A program made the position numbers and the translations under genes. Source: a virus (lineage: Duplodnaviria > Caudoviricetes). From it: a DNA stretch of 64,000 nucleotides. This document shows, piece after piece, positions 1 to 8,397 of this stretch. The notes under the pieces are model-generated. The model ran no database searches. It was not told the origin of the DNA and saw nothing but the letters and a program-made list of their open reading frames with translations. The number at the start of each line of letters is the position of its first letter. The first letter of the stretch is position 1. The stretch lies in IMG/VR virus record IMGVR_UViG_2706795344_000001, positions 1 to 64,000 of that record; one strand, given 5' to 3'.

Positions 1-3
1 TTT

Positions 4-381
4 CTAGCTGGAATAAAATTCTGGATAATGTTTAGACAACCAATCTTCCATACGCTTCCAGTATTCCAAACCTCCCTCAGCTTCACTCCACAGGAAATCG
101 TAAATCAAATCTCCAGTAAAGTCCTCATCAAGCATCGTCTCACCATACTCATTTCTGTCAATTTCACGACAAGGCATAGTACCTCTAATACGTAAACGAC
201 GCTTTAGAAACCGAGACACATCATCTTCCACAACTGGATTAGACTCAAATATTTTAATAAGCTGATAATACTTATAACTTGGCTGCATATTGATAGATCG
301 TAATCTACAGATCATACGACCACGATGTTTCTTGAGATAACGCTTCTTTAATCGATTGTGTACATGATTATTTAACTTCAT
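4..381 (-). CDS. Hypothetical early protein, paralog family member 1
   Basis: N-terminal NHVHNRLKKR and C-terminal FLWSEAEGGLEYW motifs are shared with the neighbouring ORFs. Confidence 0.8.
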   Translation of the reverse strand: MKLNNHVHNRLKKRYLKKHRGRMICRLRSINMQPSYKYYQLIKIFESNPVVEDDVSRFLKRRLRIRGTMPCREIDRNEYGETMLDEDFTGDLIYDFLWSEAEGGLEYWKRMEDWLSKHYPEFYSS

Positions 382-725
382 TAGTTTCCACCTTTCATTG
401 ATTTACATGCATTGTCATAACGATGTTTTAAAACTTCCTCATCCATTTCAGACCAGTACTTGCCAAGTTGAGGAGTATCAAACCAGATAAAATCTGTCAT
501 CAACATACCTGTGAATGCCTGATTTGAAGTATGCTGCCCAAGAATATGCTTTGTACGTAAGCGATTCTTTAAATGACGATAACCTTCCAAATCAATAGAT
601 TTCACAATATCCATTGTCTGGTAGTAACGATAGTTGCAGTAGCTCCATTCACCACTTCCAATTTTATGTTTCTTTTTTAAGATACGCTTTTTAATCTTAT
701 GTGGTACGTGATTCACCAATTCCAT
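381..725 (-). CDS. Hypothetical early protein, paralog family member 2
   Basis: NHVPHKIKKR...FIWFDTPQLGKYW; AGAGGAG RBS; TAATG overlap with the next gene. Confidence 0.8.
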   Translation of the reverse strand: MELVNHVPHKIKKRILKKKHKIGSGEWSYCNYRYYQTMDIVKSIDLEGYRHLKNRLRTKHILGQHTSNQAFTGMLMTDFIWFDTPQLGKYWSEMDEEVLKHRYDNACKSMKGGN

Positions 726-752
726 ATTTACTCTCCTCTAAAAGATGTAGAA

Positions 753-781
753 AGTATAAAACATCCAATCAAGGGTGTCAA
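753..781 (-). promoter_or_regulatory. sigma70-type promoter
   Basis: TTGACA-17 nt-TATACT on the minus strand, upstream of 381..725. Confidence 0.8.
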
Positions 782-790
782 TACATTTAA

Positions 791-1150
791 TCAAAATAAT
801 TCAAAATCTTCAAAAGCCTTAATGCCATTCTGGTGAATAGTGTGAGCCACATGTGAAAATCTATCATGACCTATGGATGTAGATTTCCAAACAAATAAAC
901 AAGCCATATCTCCACTAAGGTCATTCATATTGCGACCTTTAACTCTTAACCACTTATGTAGATACTTAGCTACCCCAATATCTATTGGGCTAGATTCCTT
1001 CATCAATCGGTGGAACCCAAGAACACGGTCAGGGTCAATACTGACAAATATATTTTTATCGTAGTTTGCCAATATCTTTTTCTTAGCAATACGCTTTTTC
1101 AACTTATGAGGGACATGGTTATGTACCTTCTCATGTTTATGTATTGTCAC
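791..1150 (-). CDS. Hypothetical early protein, paralog family member 3
   Basis: NHVPHKLKKR...FVWKSTSIGHDRF. Confidence 0.75.
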   Translation of the reverse strand: MTIHKHEKVHNHVPHKLKKRIAKKKILANYDKNIFVSIDPDRVLGFHRLMKESSPIDIGVAKYLHKWLRVKGRNMNDLSGDMACLFVWKSTSIGHDRFSHVAHTIHQNGIKAFEDFELF

Positions 1151-1419
1151 TCATAAACTCCTTTCCTTTCCAACTCTGCATCGATTCTCGACCAATGTTT
1201 ACAACCCATTTCCGTTGAAGCCCAACAAAATGCTGTTGTTAGGGTCATTGATGGTGTGAACGTTATCGTATTTAATAAAGGATGTCCAGTCAAACCACAA
1301 TCCTCATATTTTTCCAACAAAAACTCTAAGTATTTTCCTGAACTCAGATCAATCTTCTTAACCTCTGGTATCAGCTTTTCTTTCCAAAAGATTAAAACTT
1401 TCTTATTCCTGTCAACCAT
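1147..1419 (-). CDS. Hypothetical early protein, paralog family member 4 (start revised to MVDRNKK)
   Basis: AFCWASTEMGCKHW motif; ATG at 1419 overlaps the end of 1412..1603. Confidence 0.65.
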   Translation of the reverse strand: MVDRNKKVLIFWKEKLIPEVKKIDLSSGKYLEFLLEKYEDCGLTGHPLLNTITFTPSMTLTTAFCWASTEMGCKHWSRIDAELERKGVYE

Positions 1420-1603
1420 TAATACTCTCCACTTTCTGGAATCTGTTAGTGCTGAATGAGAATCTACGATATTCCTCAATCCACACACGACTCCTGTACC
1501 CAACAACATCCATCTCTTTAACTGTATAGATGTTACCTCTCTTCAGAACTTTCTGATTTGAGTCATCTACACATACTACTTTTGTCCCTATATCAAATTT
1601 CAC
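1412..1603 (-). CDS. Small hypothetical protein, possibly SH3-like
   Basis: GGAGGT RBS; FDIGTKVVCVDD...LKRGNIYTV pattern is common in small phage beta-barrel proteins. Confidence 0.6.
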   Translation of the reverse strand: MKFDIGTKVVCVDDSNQKVLKRGNIYTVKEMDVVGYRSRVWIEEYRRFSFSTNRFQKVESING

Positions 1604-1628
1604 TAACTAATACCTCCACGGCTGCGCC

Positions 1629-1997
1629 TTATAAGGTGACAATTCGAGGTCTTCTAACCATTGTATGATTTCTGACATCAACACCAACACTACCACCTCT
1701 GTTATAAAGGTGCATGAAAATCTTAATTCCACGAGGGTAAATTTCTTTACCTACATGCTCAATATAGTCACCATCTTTAAAATTAAATCCCTGAGCCACA
1801 ACCTTTTGTGTGTAAGGTGTCTGATCATGGAATCCTAGTTCCTTAGCTGCCCTCTGCCAAAGCTTGATTTGTTTATGGCTGCTAACTTGGATAAGCCAAT
1901 CCTCAGAATTTCCTTTATCTCGAAACTCAATAAGTTTCTCTTTAATTTTGTTAATTTTACTTCTTGTGCTACTCATATCATTCTCCACAGAATTCAT
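1629..1997 (-). CDS. Hypothetical protein
   Basis: 122-aa ORF in a tightly packed operon. Confidence 0.65.
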   Translation of the reverse strand: MNSVENDMSSTRSKINKIKEKLIEFRDKGNSEDWLIQVSSHKQIKLWQRAAKELGFHDQTPYTQKVVAQGFNFKDGDYIEHVGKEIYPRGIKIFMHLYNRGGSVGVDVRNHTMVRRPRIVTL

Positions 1998-2280
1998 TAT
2001 ATATTTTGCTATTGCCTACCATAGTTTGAGATGTCATGCCTCCACCAGATGAGGTATACACTATCGATCTAGCCTGACAGTCAATGACACGATACACGTA
2101 TATACCACTGGTAGTTTTAGCATATGCTGGGTAAACAGGTACATTCTCACTAGATTTATTGATATATCCAGTGTATTGTGCTCCAGCTGAATGTGCTGTC
2201 TGATTAGGTTGTGTGCAAGAGATTACACCAAGTGCCAAAGCAGCCAATACTGGTGCAATCCAAATTTTAAATCTCTTCAA
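1978..2280 (-). CDS. Putative lipoprotein (start revised to TTG, MKRFKIW)
   Basis: Basic N-terminus, hydrophobic stretch and lipobox-like GVISC; GGAGG upstream. Confidence 0.55.
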   Translation of the reverse strand: MKRFKIWIAPVLAALALGVISCTQPNQTAHSAGAQYTGYINKSSENVPVYPAYAKTTSGIYVYRVIDCQARSIVYTSSGGGMTSQTMVGNSKIYNEFCGE

Positions 2281-2485
2281 ACTCTTCCTCCAATTCACCA
2301 AAATCACTGTCATCAGGTAATTCAGCCCAGTGAGTTACACTATGTAGGTTAAAGCCAAAACGGTCATAACTCGCCACATCAAAATTTGATATTTGAAATC
2401 CTTTCTTTGATCTGCGAACAAACACGACCTTGTTGTATTCTGGTAGTACGTCACTTACCTGATGCCACTTAAGTTTAGTCTTCAT
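2267..2485 (-). CDS. Hypothetical protein (DUF551-like)
   Basis: WHQVSDVLPE...VTHWAELP pattern. Confidence 0.6.
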   Translation of the reverse strand: MKTKLKWHQVSDVLPEYNKVVFVRRSKKGFQISNFDVASYDRFGFNLHSVTHWAELPDDSDFGELEEEFEEI

Positions 2486-2867
2486 AGAATTTTTCTACCT
2501 TACCATAGGTTCGTGATTGAAGCTCACTAATTTCCACTGATTTAACACCATACACACGCTTCATACCTTCCGCTATCGCTTCAATGATACGACGTACAGG
2601 TAGATTGTCATCATAAGAATATTTCTCTACCTTAAAGATCAAGGTAGTCCATGGATTCTTACCAAATCCTATTTGCCCAATACCACCTACTGGAGTAAAT
2701 CCTGTTAGATATTGAATCTGCTCAAGGCATGTTTGCAAACATAAAGGAGCATTCACGTCCTGATTAAATTCAATCACCATATTGGCTGTAGTCTTATAAC
2801 CAATCGTAATTTTATTCTCTTTAGTGGTTGTTACACTAATAAGTCCAGATTTCAAATTAACCTCCAA
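2475..2867 (-). CDS. Hypothetical protein
   Basis: 130-aa ORF in the operon. Confidence 0.55.
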   Translation of the reverse strand: MEVNLKSGLISVTTTKENKITIGYKTTANMVIEFNQDVNAPLCLQTCLEQIQYLTGFTPVGGIGQIGFGKNPWTTLIFKVEKYSYDDNLPVRRIIEAIAEGMKRVYGVKSVEISELQSRTYGKVEKFYED

Positions 2868-3219
2868 AAATTTTATCTATCTTATGCACACTCAAACCAT
2901 AAATCTCAATATACTCGAATATTGGATACTTTTCAACAATTTCTTTAAATTTATCTGTTATAATCTGTTCATCTGTATCAAGGTCATATTTCTCCATATG
3001 TATCCACACTTCTGGAGCTACATTTTCCAATTCCCACCCTAACTCAAGCATGGCTTTTCTAAATACAGCAATGCCAGTAGGTCCTGAGCTATCTTTCAGT
3101 TTATACCTGATATTACAGTGACATTTCCTGTATTGGTGATGCTCAGTGCCAGTTATTTTGTTTTTACTAATCCAAAAACCACCAACATAGGGTTTTCCTT
3201 CCAAATCTTCTAAACTCAT
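2857..3219 (-). CDS. Hypothetical protein
   Basis: 120-aa ORF in the operon. Confidence 0.6.
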   Translation of the reverse strand: MSLEDLEGKPYVGGFWISKNKITGTEHHQYRKCHCNIRYKLKDSSGPTGIAVFRKAMLELGWELENVAPEVWIHMEKYDLDTDEQIITDKFKEIVEKYPIFEYIEIYGLSVHKIDKIFGG

Positions 3220-3222
3220 ACC

Positions 3223-3432
3223 TTAAAAACCTCCAGAATCCATATCTCTGATATATTTTGAACTAAATAACTCATCATCTCTTGTGACATTCTCACGGGT
3301 ACTGCAAACACAGAAAGAACCATCTGTAAAATAGATGAACGCATCTGGATATTCCTCCCTAACTTCATCAATGATGGAATTTAGGTTATCCACGACACGA
3401 TTCAGACGTCTTTTTAATTTATCGGTTTCCAT
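3223..3432 (-). CDS. Hypothetical protein
   Basis: 69-aa ORF with a GAGGTG RBS. Confidence 0.65.
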   Translation of the reverse strand: METDKLKRRLNRVVDNLNSIIDEVREEYPDAFIYFTDGSFCVCSTRENVTRDDELFSSKYIRDMDSGGF

Positions 3433-3460
3433 ATTATCACCTCTAAGCTAAATTTTCTGC

Positions 3461-3489
3461 ATCGTATCATGATCTTATTTAGTGTGCAA
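3461..3489 (-). promoter_or_regulatory. sigma70-type promoter
   Basis: TTGCAC-17 nt-TACGAT with TG extension. Confidence 0.5.
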
Positions 3490-3496
3490 GAATTTT

Positions 3497-3616
3497 CTAA
3501 AGGAAATCCATGTAACTTATTCCTCTATACTCCATACCACAATGTGTACTACACATACACCAGTCCTTTTGCATCATCCTAATCTGTGGATAGAATTTAA
3601 AACAGTTTGCACACAT
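3497..3616 (-). CDS. Small Cys-rich (TRASH-like zinc-binding) protein, 39 aa
   Basis: MCANC...CSTHC; fills the gap after 3630..4067. Confidence 0.45.
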   Translation of the reverse strand: MCANCFKFYPQIRMMQKDWCMCSTHCGMEYRGISYMDFL

Positions 3617-3629
3617 AAACCATTCTTCT

Positions 3630-4067
3630 TTAATCTTGAAGATTTTCAGGTTGTACTTTTGATAAGCCTCCACATCCTGATAGCACATCTGATACGGTAT
3701 CAGTAACTCCTCCGTTATTACCAGCCACGGATACTTCCCAAGGTTTGTAATTAACGATCTTATCAAATATGGATTTACGTAGCTCAGACTCAATAAAATG
3801 TATAAGGCCCAAAACATTCTTTGCTTCCCCTCTGGTTAGTCCGCTATCAATAACAGCCTTTTTCTTAACTGTATTTATATCATATCTTAATCTACCATCG
3901 TTAGATGGTCGGACTTTCGTTTCGAGCTGATACACGTACTTCCAAACTTCCCAACCCCCACGGCTTCGCCTCATTTTTAACTTAGTGTCCAACCCCATAC
4001 TCCTCTCTAAAATTCCAGAGAACTTCATTGTAATCTCCAACTGATTCAAAATTTCTGTATACATCAA
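3630..4067 (-). CDS. Hypothetical protein (true start probably downstream, near 3998)
   Basis: ORF in the operon. Confidence 0.55.
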   Translation of the reverse strand: MMYTEILNQLEITMKFSGILERSMGLDTKLKMRRSRGGWEVWKYVYQLETKVRPSNDGRLRYDINTVKKKAVIDSGLTRGEAKNVLGLIHFIESELRKSIFDKIVNYKPWEVSVAGNNGGVTDTVSDVLSGCGGLSKVQPENLQD

Positions 4068-4233
4068 CCTGAAAAGGCTCTACACCACCCGTAACGATAC
4101 CATCCTTATAGTAACCTGTCCAACCACCATTGATGATTTCAAATCGTTGCTCAGTACTCTTCCTTGGGTCAATATCTTTATCGGTCAATAGAAGACCTCC
4201 AGTCCTTTTGTCCACTAAAACTGTATAACTCAT
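3982..4233 (-). CDS. Hypothetical protein
   Basis: 83-aa ORF with a GGAG RBS. Confidence 0.65.
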   Translation of the reverse strand: MSYTVLVDKRTGGLLLTDKDIDPRKSTEQRFEIINGGWTGYYKDGIVTGGVEPFQVDVYRNFESVGDYNEVLWNFREEYGVGH

Positions 4234-4367
4234 AAAATAACTCCAAATAATGAATATAGAACAAAAGCTCCCATAGTTGTCTTCAGAAAGAAGTATGCTA
4301 TGCCAATATAAATAATCATAGCAATTATGGCTACCACAACTATAGTTAAATCCTCATCATCCTCCAT
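4230..4367 (-). CDS. Small membrane protein, 45 aa (not in the ORF track)
   Basis: MEDDEDLTIVVVAIIAMIIYIGIAYFFL...; TAATG and ATGA overlaps with both neighbours. Confidence 0.55.
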   Translation of the reverse strand: MEDDEDLTIVVVAIIAMIIYIGIAYFFLKTTMGAFVLYSLFGVIL

Positions 4368-4738
4368 TACCTTTTACCTCCCTTAGTTTGAATAAACTCC
4401 CTAATTACACTACCATGGCACTTATTAGGGTCATGACAATAGCAGAGTAAGTCCAATGGATTATTCTTGCTGTGCAAGATTAGTTCGCCCATGGCCTCAT
4501 ATGCTTCAGGGCTAAGTCTACGACCGTACAGATCGCTCCTAAATCGCTCTACAGCCTCTTCAGAGGTGTCCACGTAGGTAACAGCATATTTACTCGGTTT
4601 CGAGCTGTATGGATTCCCTAGAGGGCTTCCACGGCCTATGTAAGCCTTATTTCCCACCATCCAGTAACTAGCATCATTAAATTGCTTTAAATCGCCATTA
4701 TGAACTTTCCGTACACTGATTGGTAAATCATCAAACAT
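4367..4738 (-). CDS. DUF4326-like protein
   Basis: YIGRGSPLGNPY and LLCYCHDPNKCHG motifs. Confidence 0.75.
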   Translation of the reverse strand: MFDDLPISVRKVHNGDLKQFNDASYWMVGNKAYIGRGSPLGNPYSSKPSKYAVTYVDTSEEAVERFRSDLYGRRLSPEAYEAMGELILHSKNNPLDLLCYCHDPNKCHGSVIREFIQTKGGKR

Positions 4739-4752
4739 TTTTCATCCTCAAA

Positions 4753-4786
4753 TAAAAAGACCCCACGCATATTACTGCATGAGGTT
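4753..4786 (-). terminator. Probable intrinsic terminator
   Basis: Imperfect hairpin followed by a U-tract on the minus strand. Confidence 0.5.
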
Positions 4787-4793
4787 TATACTG

Positions 4794-5282
4794 TCAATCA
4801 TAACTTGATGAAGAACTTCCTGAAGATGATGAACCAGAGTCGCTACAAGAGCTACTTGAACCACTTGAGTATGATGGCGTAGAGTCACAAATACCACTGT
4901 TATTATTAGAATCTACTGCAACCATTGTTGCTAGGGCCACTGTAGTCGTGAAATTGTTATTTGCAATTGTTTGACTATCATCCCTATCTACCTTGGTACG
5001 TGATAAAGGGAGCTTCGAGGCTTCCATATTACTAATCTTTGGTAATGTATTAACCTTAACAGGTTCTGGATTACTATTTTCTAATGTTTTAATTGAGGTC
5101 GCCTGAACTTTAAACTCAGCACCCTTATCTAAAAGGGTTTGAAAGTCTACCTCATTTCCTTTACTATCATAAAACACCAAATCTTTTGCACCTTTCAACT
5201 TACGATTGTGCCTTTTACCTAAAAAGTAGACAACCAAAGCTATAATGAGGATTGATAATCCAATTACAATAACATTTTCCAT
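4794..5282 (-). CDS. Membrane-anchored protein with a Ser-rich tail
   Basis: N-terminal TM helix; C-terminal SSGSSSSCSDSGSSS. Confidence 0.7.
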   Translation of the reverse strand: MENVIVIGLSILIIALVVYFLGKRHNRKLKGAKDLVFYDSKGNEVDFQTLLDKGAEFKVQATSIKTLENSNPEPVKVNTLPKISNMEASKLPLSRTKVDRDDSQTIANNNFTTTVALATMVAVDSNNNSGICDSTPSYSSGSSSSCSDSGSSSSGSSSSSYD

Positions 5283-5564
5283 ATAAACCTCTTGAATTTA
5301 ATAAAATAAAAAACTAAATATACGTGCCAAACTACCAACCATCCATATAAGGACATTAAAACTTACTCCTAATAATTCGAGATTGGATACCAGACTTAAT
5401 CAAACCTGATCGTAAGCTTTGCACAAACTTCTCAACTAACTGAATCACATCATCTCTGCTCCTTCCGTACTCTGATGAAGTTTCCCTTAGCAACTCTTCA
5501 CCTTTAATTGAGACTATGCATTCAAGATGAAGTTTCCCTCCAACAATTCTGCTATCTCTGGATT

Positions 5565-5753
5565 TTACTTCGATGTCAACCATAAGACAACTGCACCTCC
5601 AAGGATGAGAGAGGTGAAGTACAAATACCACACCTCATCTGTTGAGTCTTCGTATAGATAATCTGAGATAGCTTGGTACAGCCAAATTAGGCTTATAACA
5701 AGCAATGTACCCATATTACACTCGACTGTTAACTTTGTATCTGCCTTTACCAA
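5565..5753 (-). CDS. Small membrane protein (true start probably MGTLLV)
   Basis: Two hydrophobic segments. Confidence 0.45.
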   Translation of the reverse strand: MVKADTKLTVECNMGTLLVISLIWLYQAISDYLYEDSTDEVWYLYFTSLILGGAVVLWLTSK

Positions 5754-5997
5754 ACATCACGTCACAAGCATTCTGAGCTGTAACACGACATCCATTTCGA
5801 ACCTTGAAGTAAGTTTTAAATCCCATGGCATTTGTAATCCAGTAGCCACTTGCTGCTTCAACAATATTGAAGTTGCGAGGATTATCAACGAATACTCGTA
5901 CACCTTCGATATATGCAATACCACCATTTTGGATAACTTCCATAATCTCATTTTCAGATGAACTTTTAAGCTTCTTAGTTTTAGTTTGTGATGACAT
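5716..5997 (-). CDS. Hypothetical protein
   Basis: 93-aa ORF with a GGAG RBS. Confidence 0.7.
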   Translation of the reverse strand: MSSQTKTKKLKSSSENEIMEVIQNGGIAYIEGVRVFVDNPRNFNIVEAASGYWITNAMGFKTYFKVRNGCRVTAQNACDVMFGKGRYKVNSRV

Positions 5998-6034
5998 ATT
6001 ACAACTCCAGAATTAAATAAATTTAAAAATTAAA

Positions 6035-6454
6035 TTAGGCTTTCTTACGTGTGCTGGTTCGTTTCGTTTTAGTTTCTACTGGTTTTTCTTCGCCAGCTCC
6101 TTCGTCATCACCGCTATCGTTTCCTGCATCTCCATCATCTGGTTCTTTTGAATCCCCAGCTCCATCTCCAACACTGTCACTCTCTGCTCCAGAGTCTGTG
6201 GCACTTGACCCTGAATCTTCTTTACTGCTGCTCTCGTCAGTGGCTTCAGAACTTCCAGTGCTAATGCTTGTACTAGTGGTTTCAACCTTATCTCCTTCAT
6301 CTTTCTTCATTGTTACAGTAATATTACCAAAGTGTACAACACACTGTGAGTACACAGGTACATATCCTTCTAGTGTAGCCTCATGGATAGCTTTCACGAT
6401 ACTCTGAACAGTTTGACCTGAAACTGGCACACTAATTACTAAAGGGTTATTCAT
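6035..6454 (-). CDS. Hypothetical protein with an acidic low-complexity tail (start revised to MNNPLV)
   Basis: AAGGAG RBS before ATG 6454; promoter at 6486-6514. Confidence 0.7.
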   Translation of the reverse strand: MNNPLVISVPVSGQTVQSIVKAIHEATLEGYVPVYSQCVVHFGNITVTMKKDEGDKVETTSTSISTGSSEATDESSSKEDSGSSATDSGAESDSVGDGAGDSKEPDDGDAGNDSGDDEGAGEEKPVETKTKRTSTRKKA

Positions 6455-6485
6455 ATTAATCTCCTTGTTAACCTTTCGAGACGCT

Positions 6486-6514
6486 ATGGTAATAGTAAAT
6501 ACAAGATAAGTCAA
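6486..6514 (-). promoter_or_regulatory. sigma70-type promoter for the leftward genes
   Basis: TTGACT-17 nt-TACCAT. Confidence 0.6.
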
Positions 6515-6799
6515 CAACTTTATGAAAATAATTTAAGATTTCTTGCACCAATAGATACAAATGATAACAATAATTAGATTGACAAATTAAGATTTCATGA
6601 TAGAGTATTTGTACAATCCATTTTATATACATTAAATTATACAAATTAATTTATATTTCTTAAATTGTTATCTTCTTTATTGTCTTCTTTATATAATATA
6701 ATATGTATAATTTATATTATACAATATAATGACATGATTCAGCGAATTTAATTATATTAAAAATAATATTAAATCATACTTGACAAGTGTGTTTACATT

Positions 6800-6845
6800 A
6801 CTTTACAATAAAAGACTTGACTTTTGAGAAAGTTATGGTAATATA
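6800..6845 (+). promoter_or_regulatory. sigma70-type promoter with upstream ACTTTACAATAAA box
   Basis: TTGACT...TGGTAATAT upstream of the 6906 ORF. Confidence 0.55.
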
Positions 6846-6905
6846 TTCACATAGCTCAGAGAAATTCACAACTTCTCTTCCAATAATCAACCCAAGGAGC
6901 AATAC

Positions 6906-7079
6906 ATGAGATGTATTTGTTGTGATACTCCTTTAACGTCTTTTGATGATAATGATTTGTGCAAGAGATGTATCGAAGCAAGTAAAGATGAGTCTACTAA
7001 ATTTAAAGACCCACAACATGCTTTAATCACTGACAAAGACTTTAGAAGAAAGTATAACCCACATAGACCACAACGATAA
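6906..7079 (+). CDS. Small zinc-finger-like protein, 57 aa (not in the ORF track)
   Basis: AAGGAG RBS; MRCICCDTPL...LCKRCIE. Confidence 0.7.
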   Translation: MRCICCDTPLTSFDDNDLCKRCIEASKDESTKFKDPQHALITDKDFRRKYNPHRPQR

Positions 7080-7087
7080 GTTACATA

Positions 7088-7132
7088 ACTTTACAATAAA
7101 GTTGTTGACAAATCTGGATTTTGTGATATACT
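7088..7132 (+). promoter_or_regulatory. Promoter of the tRNA/ncRNA cluster
   Basis: ACTTTACAATAAA, then TTGACA-16 nt-TATACT with TG extension. Confidence 0.7.
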
Positions 7133-7198
7133 ATTAGTATAGTTTTGATTTTATAGTAAATTTTAATTTACCTCCAACACCCAATAATAACATTATAT

Positions 7199-7287
7199 GG
7201 ATTGTAGCGTCAAGGTGACAAAGCGGACTTGAAATCCGTGCCATTGGTTAGTAGCCGATGGGGGTTCGATTCCTCTACTCTCCTCCA
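7199..7287 (+). tRNA. tRNA-Ser(TGA); two acceptor-stem mismatches
   Basis: Anticodon loop CTTGAAA, long variable arm, TTCGATT T-loop, CCA end. Confidence 0.8.
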
Positions 7288-7345
7288 GATTTTAAATCGA
7301 TTTAATTAAATATTTTAATTAATTAAATCCATTTAGGATTTCAAC

Positions 7346-7433
7346 GGTAGAAGAAATTCATAGGTTGTTTCGCTCCCTGCTAAGGAGATGGACTGCTAAC
7401 GCGGTTGTGTTTCGATTACACCTTCTATCGCCA
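7346..7433 (+). tRNA. tRNA-Ser(GCT)
   Basis: GGTAGAA/TTCTATC acceptor, CTGCTAA loop, long variable arm, GCCA end. Confidence 0.8.
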
Positions 7434-7539
7434 AACATACTTCGGCAATTTCGCTACCGAAGGAGTTGGGATTTGCTGGTATAGACTCTTAGGCAAACCA
7501 GTATTTATTTAAATTTTTAATTTAATTATTTGTGAGGTA

Positions 7540-7779
7540 TTGATGTTTACGAATGTTTGTTCAGACAAAATTGCTGAAAAGGTCGGAAGCGTATTCGACA
7601 AGCAATGTAAAACAATTGAGAAAGGTATTGAAGATATCAAAGCCAATCGAGAAAAACGCCAGATTTTGATTGCTGAGCATAAAGCTGGTTTAGCTAAGCT
7701 CGAAGCTGAAGTGGATAAAGATAATAAAAATATCGATATCCTAAATACAAAATTAAGTACACTTCGAACTTTGGTTTAA
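7540..7779 (+). CDS. Small coiled-coil protein within the tRNA cluster
   Basis: GAGGT RBS; heptad pattern. Confidence 0.7.
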   Translation: MMFTNVCSDKIAEKVGSVFDKQCKTIEKGIEDIKANREKRQILIAEHKAGLAKLEAEVDKDNKNIDILNTKLSTLRTLV

Positions 7780-7850
7780 GTGGTTAATTGGTGACGTGTT
7801 GGATGTTTAAAATAATGGAAGTTATTAGAAGTATTTAACGTCACCTTGTT

Positions 7851-7927
7851 ACGCCATTAGCTCAGATGGATAGAGCATCTGCCTTCTAAGTAGATGGTCA
7901 CGGGTTCGAATCCTGTATGGCGTACCA
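7851..7927 (+). tRNA. tRNA-Arg(TCT)
   Basis: Canonical cloverleaf, CTTCTAA loop, CCA. Confidence 0.95.
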
Positions 7928-7931
7928 ATTT

Positions 7932-8059
7932 TAAATCTATTTTAAATTTGATTCGTGTTGTGTCCCACGTTTGCTGGTACATTGAGACTCCTAAATCACT
8001 ATAAGGGACTCTCGGAAGATTAGTGACTTCTAACAGGGATTAAATTTAAAATAGATTTA
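7932..8059 (+). ncRNA. Putative structured RNA: 23-bp closing stem, three inner hairpins
   Basis: 7932-7954 pairs with 8037-8059; loop TCACTA is complementary to loop TAGTGA. Confidence 0.55.
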
Positions 8060-8060
8060 C

Positions 8061-8135
8061 GGGTTGTTAGCTGAGATGAATTAGCGCTAGCTTGAAAAGC
8101 TTGAGAGGTTGGATTGTTACCAACACTTCCCACCA
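8061..8135 (+). tRNA. tRNA-Phe(GAA), atypical
   Basis: TTGAAAA loop; T-loop ATTGTTA; two T-T mismatches in the acceptor; ACCA end. Confidence 0.7.
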
Positions 8136-8143
8136 AATATTAT

Positions 8144-8220
8144 AGCGAGTCGTGATGCTGGTTTCACAGTAGGTCTCATAAGCCTATGTACAAGAGTTCG
8201 ATTCTCTTACTTCGCTACCA
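8144..8220 (+). tRNA. tRNA-Met/Ile2(CAT); bulged acceptor
   Basis: CTCATAA loop, TTCGATT T-loop, ACCA. Confidence 0.8.
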
Positions 8221-8225
8221 AATAT

Positions 8226-8311
8226 GTATGTGTGACCCGAATTGGTAAGGGAGCGGACTGTAACTCCGTTGTCAAAAGCAATTGTAGGTTCAAGTCCTAC
8301 CACATACACCA
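8226..8311 (+). tRNA. tRNA-Tyr(GTA)
   Basis: Perfect acceptor GTATGTG/CACATAC, CTGTAAC loop, long variable arm. Confidence 0.93.
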
Positions 8312-8317
8312 AACAAT

Positions 8318-8392
8318 GGTCGATTAGCTCAGCGGTAGAGCAGTAGCCCGATAAGCTATTGGTCGCTGGTTCAAATCCAGCATCGACTACCA
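8318..8392 (+). tRNA. tRNA-Ile(GAT)
   Basis: Cloverleaf; loop CCGATAA (C33). Confidence 0.9.
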
Positions 8393-8397
8393 AATAA

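Noticed and set aside
6520-6800. AT-rich tract as replication origin or genome terminus
   Set aside because: It can be explained by divergent promoters; no repeats were found to support more.
7288-7845. Simple long hairpins at 7288-7341, 7440-7503 and 7790-7845
   Set aside because: Real inverted repeats, but without internal architecture; more likely processing or stability stems than separate RNAs.
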